A stretch of 64,000 nt of DNA, from the IMG/VR virus record IMGVR_UViG_3300033407_000004, positions 1 through 64,000 of that record, one strand, 5' to 3'. The DNA comes from a virus. Taxonomy: Duplodnaviria > Caudoviricetes. Within the stretch, counting starts at the first letter, position 1. Each line of letters starts with the position of its first letter. A program made the position numbers and the translations under genes. Positions 8,542-16,902 of this stretch are shown in pieces. Under the pieces are notes generated by a model, which saw only the letters and a program-made list of their open reading frames with translations, was not told where the DNA came from and did no database searches.

Positions 8542-11500
8542 TTATAATTTCGGCTCTACTGCGAAATGACGCAGCTTGAACGTCTGCCCGCTGGCATAGC
8601 ATTTTGCCTTGAATTGGATGGTTTTATCCGTTGAAAAATTTTCCGTCCATGCGTTATACACGACGAACGGCCCTGCAAGCCCGTCGATAAAGACCCGCGT
8701 TACTACCCATTGAGCGGTGGCAGAGCGGAATAATACCTCTGTTTCCATCCACCATCCGTCGTTGGAATCATACCCGGCCGGGATAGTGACCGCTGTTTGG
8801 CCGGATCCTAAACGAAGTTCTATGTTGAACTGGCCGCTTCCGACAAGCTGCCCGCCCGCAGTGATTCGTATGCCACGCCCGACCTGATGGTCCGCCGCCA
8901 GCAAATCGTGAGTCAACATCGTCGTTGTCGTAGCTCCATACGTGGCGTAATCCACTTCTGCCGTGCCGGTAGTGCCCGACCACATATAGCGCATTGATCC
9001 GTAATTTTCAGAAGCGTCGGCTATGTCATCCTCGATGGAGCTGACGGTCCCGGTTGTCGTGTTGTTCAGCGTATCGTAAATATTCCAGCCGAGATGAGCG
9101 CTGGAGGCATTTTCTATCGTAATGTCGTAATCCGCGTTGCCCTGCGCCGTTATTCCGTCTATCATGATGCGGGTGTTGTCGTTGGTCCCCGGCACATTAT
9201 TTTTTACGCATATCCCCGACGATCCGGTTGTCGAGCTGGTTATTCCCGTATCTGTCGAAACGCCGTTATTGTTGAAGACTCCGCCGGAAATAGTGATATC
9301 CTCGCAGCCGTTTAAAACCATCACGCCGCAGCCGTCGTTCCCGCTGGCATTTACCCCGCTCAGAGTAATGCGCGCCAGGTCAACGAGCCTGATCCCGTCC
9401 AGTGCCCCCGCGACCGAAAGCCCGGACGTATCACCTGCTGAATTGGCATTTAGAAACTGTCCGCCATTGATACTGCTGTCCGCCCAGTCTCCTGCCACCG
9501 GCACGATGTTTCCGTTCAGGTTTTCGGACCCGTAACAGCTGTTCAGCCGGTGTTTTGACCCCGAGAGGCGCCACCCGGCTTTTTTGCTGCCGATAGAAAC
9601 TGTGCTGTCAAATACAGCCCCGTCAGCGGTTACTGCTATGTTGCTGCCTCTGGTATCGGTAGATCCGAGACCGTTGTCTTTATACAAGCCGCCGATAAAA
9701 TGAATCCCGTCATTGTCGCCCGACACCGCGCTGTTATTGATATGTACGCCATGCCCATCCACATCGTGCACATACAATTGATCAAACGTGGCGTTGGTTA
9801 GCCGCAAACCATATATCCCATTGTTCGCGACACTGAGACCCGGCGCCCCGGAGTATGTCTGATTCGTTTTGTTCCCGTCTATAGCGATGTTTCGGAACGT
9901 AATGTTTGAGTTTCCATTTGTCGTGTCGGAATTAACAAACAGATTCGTATCGAGATTTGCTTTTTTCTTAAATGTCGCGCCCCACTGGGTTGGCGATTCG
10001 ATGGTGCAGTCCGAGTAATACGTGAGCGAGCCCGTGACCCAGGTGCCTAATTCCGCGATGAGCGTTGCGCCGGGGTTGGTGTCGCACTCATTGAGCCAGT
10101 TTTGTACCTCGGTCGTATATTCAACTGACCCGTCGGCCACATACCCGTCCGGCAGGTAGTCCGTAAGGTAGTATGTTTTTTTTGTGAGCTTTTTGTATCC
10201 CGATGCGGAGAGGTAGCCGGCGATGGTTGCGGTGGCGGCAGAGATGGTGACGGTGCCACCTGCTTCGGAGAGCGGGGCGCTGAATGTGTAGGTCGTGCCC
10301 GCGCCGGTCGAATCCGTGACGCAGGAGAACAGGCCGGTATTGGAATTGTAGGCGTTGACGACTTCCCCTGCTCCGCAGGTACTCGTTATTGCGGATACGG
10401 GGGTGCCCGTGAGGGCGCTGTACGGAATATTGATCAGCTGCGATCCGTCGCCATCCGGCGCAAGGTAATCCACCCCCGCAGTAAGCGCACCCTGCTTCGA
10501 GTTAAACGCATCATAGTCTTCCGCCGCCAGATACCCGTCAACGGTAGTTGACGCTCTGCTTATTGACAGTTCCGGGGTCGTTCCGCCGGAGGATGCAAGT
10601 GGTGAGGTTGCAGTTACGTCTGAAACTGTTCCTCCACTTATATTCTCATCAACATACGCCTTTGAGGCAAGCACTCTCATTGTCGTACCGGTGCCATAGG
10701 AAAATTCATCGGTATCTGTTTTCAGGTACAACTGACCAGTCCCCGTAGCGTCACTGGCAACCCCTGAAGGTGCATACAGCTCGTCAACATTCAGCGCGTT
10801 TGACCATACCAGCGCACCGTCAATTGCGAATGGCATGTATGTTCCAGAAGCGTCTGTTACAGTCAACGCTGATGCAAGTGCTGCGTCAAGGCCTACGACA
10901 CGTGCAGACGGAAGAGTGCCGGTTGTATCTGCATCAATATCAGGAGTGCAATCCCCCGTTGTGCAGGTGCCTACACTTGTGATGTCACCAGCGCCACCCG
11001 GAGTGTCGCACGACCCGTCATCCTTGAGGTAGCCAGAACATGTTCCTGATCCGAACAGTGCCACAACGTCACTTGACGCAGCGCTGCCGAGATTGTCTCC
11101 AGCACCCGCCCCGATAGAATCGGTTCCGCACGTAACGATGCCAGTCTCTAAATCAACCTCTTGGATATACTCACCGGTTGCGCATGTATAAGACGGCTTG
11201 CTGGTAACGTCTCCCCATGCAGGAGCATAGGCGATAGCTTTATACAGTGCATCGGCGGTTGCTTGGTCAAGTTTGGCATTCCATGCCGATGACGATTCTA
11301 TTTGCGCATCCGTCGCGCTACCGGAGATGTCGCTGAAAAGGGATGGAATGGTCGGCTTGTTAAGGATCTGCGAGAGCCCAGATGCTGAATCCCAATCGGC
11401 GTTTTCCGGTGCAGTGATCGTCGGCTTGCTTAACAGGTCATCATAGCTGCCTGTAGTTGCGACTGTTGCTAGTCCGGTAATGGAGTCAGTAGAAATACTG

Positions 11501-11982
11501 GTTATCGCGTCCTGCTTGGCGGTCCATGTTGATTTTTCGGTATCGGTGACGACTCTATGAGTGCTGTCGTCGGTGAGATCGGAGAGGGCATTAGGAATCG
11601 TGGGGGTGCCTGTTAATTTTGAGTATGCAAACGCGGTCAACCATGCAGGGTCTTCATAGCTTCCGGTAGTCACGACTCCATCTGTCACCGTGGCGGCATT
11701 GCCTGAAATATCAATCGCTGCCGTACCCGAGGCTATTTTGGAAGTCTGTAGGCTCCCGGTTGTTCCCGTGGAGAGGTTTACCTGACCTTCGATCGTTCCG
11801 GTAAGTTCAGAACAAACACCGTCTGCTCGCATAAATGTCGTATCATCACATGTCCCCGTCCACTGGCTGATTACGTCGGAGGAGGAAGAAAGTGAACCGC
11901 CGCCGCTTGACGCTGTAAACGCCCTCACGATTCCCGCGCAGGCCAGAATGAGAATTACCGAAAGGATTAATTTCTTGAACAT
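8542..11982 (-). CDS. Long tail fiber/tailspike: signal peptide, fiber repeats, C-terminal beta-helix
   Basis: Start reassigned to ATG 11982 (MFKKLILSVILILACAGIVRA); repeats YSKLTGTPTIP / YDDLLSKPTI / ILNKPTIP / WGDVTSKP; 'NITFRNIAIDGNK' beta-helix. Confidence 0.75.
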   Translation of the reverse strand: MFKKLILSVILILACAGIVRAFTASSGGGSLSSSSDVISQWTGTCDDTTFMRADGVCSELTGTIEGQVNLSTGTTGSLQTSKIASGTAAIDISGNAATVTDGVVTTGSYEDPAWLTAFAYSKLTGTPTIPNALSDLTDDSTHRVVTDTEKSTWTAKQDAITSISTDSITGLATVATTGSYDDLLSKPTITAPENADWDSASGLSQILNKPTIPSLFSDISGSATDAQIESSSAWNAKLDQATADALYKAIAYAPAWGDVTSKPSYTCATGEYIQEVDLETGIVTCGTDSIGAGAGDNLGSAASSDVVALFGSGTCSGYLKDDGSCDTPGGAGDITSVGTCTTGDCTPDIDADTTGTLPSARVVGLDAALASALTVTDASGTYMPFAIDGALVWSNALNVDELYAPSGVASDATGTGQLYLKTDTDEFSYGTGTTMRVLASKAYVDENISGGTVSDVTATSPLASSGGTTPELSISRASTTVDGYLAAEDYDAFNSKQGALTAGVDYLAPDGDGSQLINIPYSALTGTPVSAITSTCGAGEVVNAYNSNTGLFSCVTDSTGAGTTYTFSAPLSEAGGTVTISAATATIAGYLSASGYKKLTKKTYYLTDYLPDGYVADGSVEYTTEVQNWLNECDTNPGATLIAELGTWVTGSLTYYSDCTIESPTQWGATFKKKANLDTNLFVNSDTTNGNSNITFRNIAIDGNKTNQTYSGAPGLSVANNGIYGLRLTNATFDQLYVHDVDGHGVHINNSAVSGDNDGIHFIGGLYKDNGLGSTDTRGSNIAVTADGAVFDSTVSIGSKKAGWRLSGSKHRLNSCYGSENLNGNIVPVAGDWADSSINGGQFLNANSAGDTSGLSVAGALDGIRLVDLARITLSGVNASGNDGCGVMVLNGCEDITISGGVFNNNGVSTDTGITSSTTGSSGICVKNNVPGTNDNTRIMIDGITAQGNADYDITIENASSAHLGWNIYDTLNNTTTGTVSSIEDDIADASENYGSMRYMWSGTTGTAEVDYATYGATTTTMLTHDLLAADHQVGRGIRITAGGQLVGSGQFNIELRLGSGQTAVTIPAGYDSNDGWWMETEVLFRSATAQWVVTRVFIDGLAGPFVVYNAWTENFSTDKTIQFKAKCYASGQTFKLRHFAVEPKL

Positions 11983-13146
11983 CCCCACGGCTAAAGCCGA
12001 GGAATTCCAGATGCGATTCATATTCTAACCTCGCGTTCGAGGGCGATTCCCGCCCCGGCAATAAGCGTGTTCATGGCCGCATTGCAATCGCGGTCATGAG
12101 CGGTTCCACAAACCGTGCACGTCCATTGCCTTACCGCAAGCCCACTCAGTCCTTTGGGGCCGGATAACACCCCGCAAGATGAACAGGTCATGGTGGAAAA
12201 CCTTGAGGGAACTTCAACGAATCTCCTACCGCATTGACTGCTCTTGTAGGAAATAAACTGTCTGAGTTGCCCTGTAGCTGCCGATGATACCGATTTACCA
12301 AACTTCTTTGACATGCCCTTAAGGTTATCTTTTGAGAAACAGATCAATTCGTTTTCTGATACAAGGCGGCGAGAAAGTTTGTGATTGCGGTCCTTGCGCT
12401 GGTTCGCCATTTTCTCTTGAAGACGTGCTGTGAGCTTTTTGTCGTGGCCCCTTTGTGATTGCGCGAGACGTAACGCGCCCCCTTGAAGTTCCTTTGGATG
12501 CTCGATCTTTTCTCCGGTCGAAAGCGTAAGAAGCGTCTTAAACCCAGGGTCGATGCCAACCTGAGCGTTGCCAGTGATTGTGATTTCGTTCGGCGCTGCG
12601 TCTATAAATAAGCAAAGATGCCAACCAGAAGATCTCTTTACGATCCTGCCGCACTTGATCTTCTCGGCAGGCAATTCCTGTTTGTAAAAACGCACGGGGC
12701 CAAGTCCCGGAACGCTGATTCGGTTCTTCTTAGGTGGGCGAATCGGATCGGGGAATGGTATTGAGTTGAGTTTGTTTCTCTGTCCCTTTAGGTGCGGTTT
12801 CTTGCCGATCTTTTTGAAACATCGTTTCCATGCCGAGTGCGCATTTGATAAAATGCCCTGAATCGTATGGCTCGGAATGTCCAGCTTCTTCCCATGATCC
12901 GCAAGAATGTTTTGGAAATCCTTCGGCGTGTAATAAATCCCGTCCTTCGCGTCAAGTTCGATCTTGCGAACAGCCCAATTCCACACACCCGTTAGGTTAT
13001 TGAGCCATACCGCAAGGGTTGCTTCTTGTGCTTTGGTCAGTTTGAGTTTTAATTGTCGTTGAACCATAATGTACTTGCTCTCCTTTCGGGTAGAGAAAAA
13101 TGAACAAAAAAGTGACTAAGAAACCGCCTGCTTTAGCTGGCGGTAG
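11975..13146 (-). mobile_element. IS200/IS605-family TnpB-only element 1
   Basis: Right end GGAATTCCTCGGCTTTAGCCGTGGGGATGTTCAA (GAAT, hairpin, TCAA); left end hairpin CCGCCAGCTAAAGCAGGCGG after TGAT; no tnpA; left boundary inferred. Confidence 0.75.
12018..13067 (-). CDS. tnpB: TnpB-family RNA-guided endonuclease, divergent RuvC-II
   Basis: VGIDPG (RuvC-I), CSSCG...CTVCG Zn ribbon, HDRDCNAAMN (RuvC-III); usual ED motif reads FSKDNL. Confidence 0.85.
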   Translation of the reverse strand: MVQRQLKLKLTKAQEATLAVWLNNLTGVWNWAVRKIELDAKDGIYYTPKDFQNILADHGKKLDIPSHTIQGILSNAHSAWKRCFKKIGKKPHLKGQRNKLNSIPFPDPIRPPKKNRISVPGLGPVRFYKQELPAEKIKCGRIVKRSSGWHLCLFIDAAPNEITITGNAQVGIDPGFKTLLTLSTGEKIEHPKELQGGALRLAQSQRGHDKKLTARLQEKMANQRKDRNHKLSRRLVSENELICFSKDNLKGMSKKFGKSVSSAATGQLRQFISYKSSQCGRRFVEVPSRFSTMTCSSCGVLSGPKGLSGLAVRQWTCTVCGTAHDRDCNAAMNTLIAGAGIALEREVRI

Positions 13147-13147
13147 A

Positions 13148-13474
13148 TCACCAACATGTCCCGGTGATTGTCCCGGTCGTACTCGATCGTATCGCCTTAA
13201 ATCCGTCCACCTCTGACTTGTTGTCCAGCGTCAACGGGAAGTTGGAAGACGATAAGCTATGCCCCACGCTGCTCGTCGGCGCCGTCCCGTCCAGCCACAT
13301 TCGGACACCGGCCCCCTCGTAGGTGAGTAGGCACTTATTCGGGCTGAAACTGGAGGTAATCCACGAGGGGATGCCGACCGCCGTATCAGCCACGGTGAGC
13401 GTGAATTTGACTGCGGCCTGAGCAGTAACGGCCATGAGTGCGAGAAGCAGGGAGATGAGGATAAGCTTTTTCAT
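13148..13474 (-). CDS. Small signal-peptide hypothetical protein
   Basis: MKKLILISLLLALMAVTAQA; AAGGAG RBS. Confidence 0.65.
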   Translation of the reverse strand: MKKLILISLLLALMAVTAQAAVKFTLTVADTAVGIPSWITSSFSPNKCLLTYEGAGVRMWLDGTAPTSSVGHSLSSSNFPLTLDNKSEVDGFKAIRSSTTGTITGTCW

Positions 13475-13506
13475 TGTAGTTCTCCTTTCGGGGAGTGAAA
13501 TTGAAC

Positions 13507-13630
13507 AAAAAAAATGGCCGAAGATTAAATCTCTCCGGCCCTAATACAGGCGTAATGTTGCTCGCTATTCAGTTTTCAAACAAAAAAAGGGCCACAGATT
13601 TTTTCATTCTGCGGCCCTCGCGACAGGCGT
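13507..13630 (-). terminator. Tandem intrinsic terminators with boxA-like element (TTTGAAAACTGAATAG at 13565-13580)
   Basis: Two GC stems each followed by 7-8 T on the - strand, each preceded by ACGCCTGT. Confidence 0.7.
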
Positions 13631-13680
13631 AATACGGCTACAAATTAGCGGCAAGAGGGCTGTCTCCTTTTAGGTGACAG

Positions 13681-14958
13681 GTGAATTGCCGCATTCCGCA
13701 AAGCGGGATTAGTTCTTTGTTGACTCCTACGATAAACTATGATAAATTGTAAGCATGTTGGTCAATAAAGCATACAGCTTTCGATTGTATCCGACTCAGA
13801 GCCAAGCCGAATTGCTTGCGCAGCATTTCGGCTGCTGCCGTTTCACCTACAACCACTTTCTTCGTGAACGCATTGACTACTACGCCGCGAACAAGGGGAA
13901 AAAGAAGCAGGGTTTGACGTACCACGATACGACCAAGATTCTGACTGTCCTTAAAAATACTCCAGAGCATGTCTGGCTGAATGCCGTAAACTCTCAAGCC
14001 CTTCAACAATCCCTTCGTCGCCTCGATGTGGCGTACAACAACTTTTTTAATAAACGAGCGAAGTTCCCTAAGTTCAAAAGCAAACATGATAAGCAGTCGT
14101 TTCTGGTGCCTCAAGGATTTAAAATTGACGCTGAAAGCTGTTTTTTGCGTATCCCTAAATTTCAACCAATCAAAGCTGTCTTTCACCGCCCCATCGAAGG
14201 CGAGATGAAGAGCGTCACTATCTCTAAAACTACGACCGGGAAATACTTTGCCTCTGTCCTGTGTGAAGTCGAACAGAAAGTCAAGTCGAAGAAGACCGGC
14301 AAACAGATCGGTATTGACCTTGGCCTCAAGTCGTTTATCGTGACCTCTGCCGGCGAGACGGCAGAAGCGCCGAAGTTTCTCCGTAAGTCCGAAGACCACT
14401 TGAAGTTCTTTCAGCGTCGCCTTTCCCGCAAGGTGAAGGGAAGCGCGAACCGAAACAAGGCGCGTCACAAGGTTGCGCTGATTCATGAGAAGATTGCGAA
14501 CCAAAGAAAAGATTTTATTCACAAATTGAGTGCCCGACTGGTAAGCGAAAACCAAGCTATCTTTGCCGAGGACTTGAATGTGAAGGGCATGACGGCGAAC
14601 CACTGCATTGCGAAGTCTGTTTCCGATGCAGGGTGGTCGGAGTTTATTCGCCAACTTAAGTACAAATCTGAATGGAGCGGTACCACGTTCGGGCAGATCG
14701 ACAGATTCATTCCATCTTCCAAGCGTCACGTCACCTGCGGCTGGATAAACCAGTCGCTTACGCTGAAGGACCGGGAGTGGACCTGCCAGGGTTGCGGTGA
14801 AGTTGTTGACCGTGATTGGAATGCTGCTCAAAATATTCTCCTGTTCGGAACAATTCAAATAGCGTCGGATCGACGCGAATCAACGCTTAGTGAGAAGCGG
14901 CGTATTAAAGCCCTTCATTGACCTAAGAAGCCGCCTGCTTTAGATGGCGGTAGATCAC
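13681..14958 (+). mobile_element. IS200/IS605-family (IS1341-like) TnpB-only element 2
   Basis: Right end GAAGCCGCCTGCTTTAGATGGCGGTAGATCAC; left hairpin near 13689-13708; left boundary approximate. Confidence 0.75.
13755..14921 (+). CDS. tnpB: TnpB RNA-guided endonuclease with canonical D-E-D triad
   Basis: KAYSFRLYPTQSQ N-terminal HTH, IGIDLG, AEDLNVKGM, Zn ribbon, DRDWNAAQNI. Confidence 0.95.
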   Translation: MLVNKAYSFRLYPTQSQAELLAQHFGCCRFTYNHFLRERIDYYAANKGKKKQGLTYHDTTKILTVLKNTPEHVWLNAVNSQALQQSLRRLDVAYNNFFNKRAKFPKFKSKHDKQSFLVPQGFKIDAESCFLRIPKFQPIKAVFHRPIEGEMKSVTISKTTTGKYFASVLCEVEQKVKSKKTGKQIGIDLGLKSFIVTSAGETAEAPKFLRKSEDHLKFFQRRLSRKVKGSANRNKARHKVALIHEKIANQRKDFIHKLSARLVSENQAIFAEDLNVKGMTANHCIAKSVSDAGWSEFIRQLKYKSEWSGTTFGQIDRFIPSSKRHVTCGWINQSLTLKDREWTCQGCGEVVDRDWNAAQNILLFGTIQIASDRRESTLSEKRRIKALH

Positions 14959-15094
14959 GATATTCAGTTGTTTCAGCTTGTCAAGAGTTTATCATTTTGG
15001 GCCTTGCTTTGCAACATAAATTTCTGTATACTTGCCCCATGCGAATTCTCCCCCTTCTCCTTGTGCTGGCGGTGTGTGGGGTGTAAGAATCTCT

Positions 15095-15610
15095 TTATAG
15101 CTCTGCCTCTAGTGACAGCTTAAGCGCTTTTAATTTCACCCAATCCCAATCACATTCTTGGGCATGGGATACCAAGCCAGTGCGCATATCCAAGATAGGT
15201 GAAAAAGCTTTGTGGTTGTGTTCAGCATCTCCGTTGTACAGCGGGTCTCCAAGCAAAACTATGTGAACCGTTTCGTGGGAAACCGTATCATTGTATAGCG
15301 AATCCTCAGACACATATATTTCTCCGTTCCACATGCAGCCTTTTCTTTTCTTTTTCCCGCATATAAATTCTCCCTGCTGCATAACATGTATAGTTACTGA
15401 TTTACCATCATCGTCGTACCCATATAATCGGTTCATGCAAGATTTAGTTTCTCTTACATTGGTGTCCACTTCGGCTAATTCAACAGAACTTATTTGATAA
15501 AGCTCCGTTCCTATTATCTTAGAATCAATATTGTTAGCCCCACAGCCGTAACTTACAAAACATACCAAACATGCAAGGGATACTTTAAGCATTTTATTGA
15601 GCCACCACAA
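15095..15610 (-). CDS. Putative lipoprotein with HExxH zinc-metalloprotease motif
   Basis: Lipobox-like VSYG-C; 'VSHETVH'. Confidence 0.55.
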   Translation of the reverse strand: MWWLNKMLKVSLACLVCFVSYGCGANNIDSKIIGTELYQISSVELAEVDTNVRETKSCMNRLYGYDDDGKSVTIHVMQQGEFICGKKKRKGCMWNGEIYVSEDSLYNDTVSHETVHIVLLGDPLYNGDAEHNHKAFSPILDMRTGLVSHAQECDWDWVKLKALKLSLEAEL

Positions 15611-16883
15611 TTATCCGCCATGTTTGCGAACTGAAAGTATACCCATTCGCGTTTGCATTTGCCAGATGTATCATGACCGTATTTGTGGCCGAGACGGTAG
15701 CGTAAGCATTTACAAAATATGCCGCTAAATTATTGTGCGGAGGGGTAATTATAACATTGTCTCCAACTTGCGCACCAGTAACAGTTAAAGTGGTCTCGGC
15801 GCCGCTCCCGGCATTGATCGTACCTGGAGCCCATACCACGCTTCCGAAATAAACAGCTTTACCACTGATTTGCGTAGCAGATGTTGCAGTGGCTGAATTT
15901 CCCGTACAAGATCCAGAACTACCGGAAGCATTGCCGGTGACGTTGCCGGTCAGCGTCGCCGTAATCGTCCCCGCCGCAAAGTCCCCAGACGGATTTCTTG
16001 CGACAATTGTTTCCCCCGCATTTGACGATGCAGCATTCATCCCATCCAGTTTATCCGCATCCAGTCCTGACCCTGAGCCTGCGCCGGTTATGGTTGTTGA
16101 CGGAAGGGAGACGGGGCCGGTGAATACTGCTGTACCAGTCACATTTTGCGTCCCGCTCAATGTATTCGTACCGCTGCTGCTAATCGTCCCCGTTAGAGTC
16201 AAATACGCCGAGCTTGTGCCGCTGGTGAGCATGTCGGCGGAGAGGGCGGAGCCGGTAACTTTCATGATCGATACGTTTACATCCGTCCCGGTAGTGGCTG
16301 CGTCCAGTGATCCAGAGTCAAGGGAGACCGTGACCGTAGTCGTCCCGGAAGCGTATGCCGAAGCAGTAACGCGCCCATAGACCGCGTTCCCGGTGATCGT
16401 CGCCTTGATGCGCATACCGACAGGGTAAATGTCCGTGTAGTCGCCGGTCACGGAGAACTGCGTTGCGCTGATGTAGGTGGATAATGCGCCCGCTGCGATC
16501 CATGGGCCGGTGGTGAGGTCTTCGGGGGTTGTGAAGGGCATCGAAGAGACGTTATCGGAAGTCCATATCGCAGTGCCAGTACTACAATTGGTCTGATTGG
16601 CGGCCATCAGCTTTACCTTGACCGGGCCTGTTATCCAGATCGGCGATTCTCCCCGACTGTTCAGCGTTACAGACGTTCCGAGTGCGGTAGTCGCGGAAGC
16701 ATCCGTGTACACTGCCTTTGGAGTGCTCGAATTTACCTCGAAAAAACAGACCTTGCACCCGTTGCAAGGACGACCTGCCGAGTCGTCGAAATGGGAAATA
16801 GGGGGTGGCAGGACGCTTGCTGTTCCAAAGGCATTGCTTGCAAACAACATTGTGAGCATGAGCACTGAAGCGATTTTCTTCAT
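15594..16883 (-). CDS. Tail fiber/spike with podophage head-binding-like N-domain, preceded by signal peptide
   Basis: AAGGAG RBS, ATG 16883, MKKIASVLMLTMLFASNAFG; 'FDDSAGRP...KV...TPKAVYTD...VTLNSRGESPIW' matches the N-terminal attachment domain of podophage fibers. Confidence 0.7.
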   Translation of the reverse strand: MKKIASVLMLTMLFASNAFGTASVLPPPISHFDDSAGRPCNGCKVCFFEVNSSTPKAVYTDASATTALGTSVTLNSRGESPIWITGPVKVKLMAANQTNCSTGTAIWTSDNVSSMPFTTPEDLTTGPWIAAGALSTYISATQFSVTGDYTDIYPVGMRIKATITGNAVYGRVTASAYASGTTTVTVSLDSGSLDAATTGTDVNVSIMKVTGSALSADMLTSGTSSAYLTLTGTISSSGTNTLSGTQNVTGTAVFTGPVSLPSTTITGAGSGSGLDADKLDGMNAASSNAGETIVARNPSGDFAAGTITATLTGNVTGNASGSSGSCTGNSATATSATQISGKAVYFGSVVWAPGTINAGSGAETTLTVTGAQVGDNVIITPPHNNLAAYFVNAYATVSATNTVMIHLANANANGYTFSSQTWRIIVVAQ

Positions 16884-16902
16884 AATATTCTCCTTAATTT
16901 TA

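Noticed and set aside
8542-12021. ORF-track start at 12021 for the tail fiber
   Set aside because: The first 13 codons are the IS right-end hairpin; ATG 11982 gives a proper signal peptide
13737-14858. 373-aa - strand ORF
   Set aside because: Antisense shadow of canonical tnpB; no motifs or RBS
15039-15086. 15-aa hydrophobic ORF (MRILPLLLVLAVCGV) behind a TTGCTT/TATACT-like promoter; possible type I toxin
   Set aside because: Too short to support, no RBS, no antitoxin evidence; may be a decayed signal-peptide remnant
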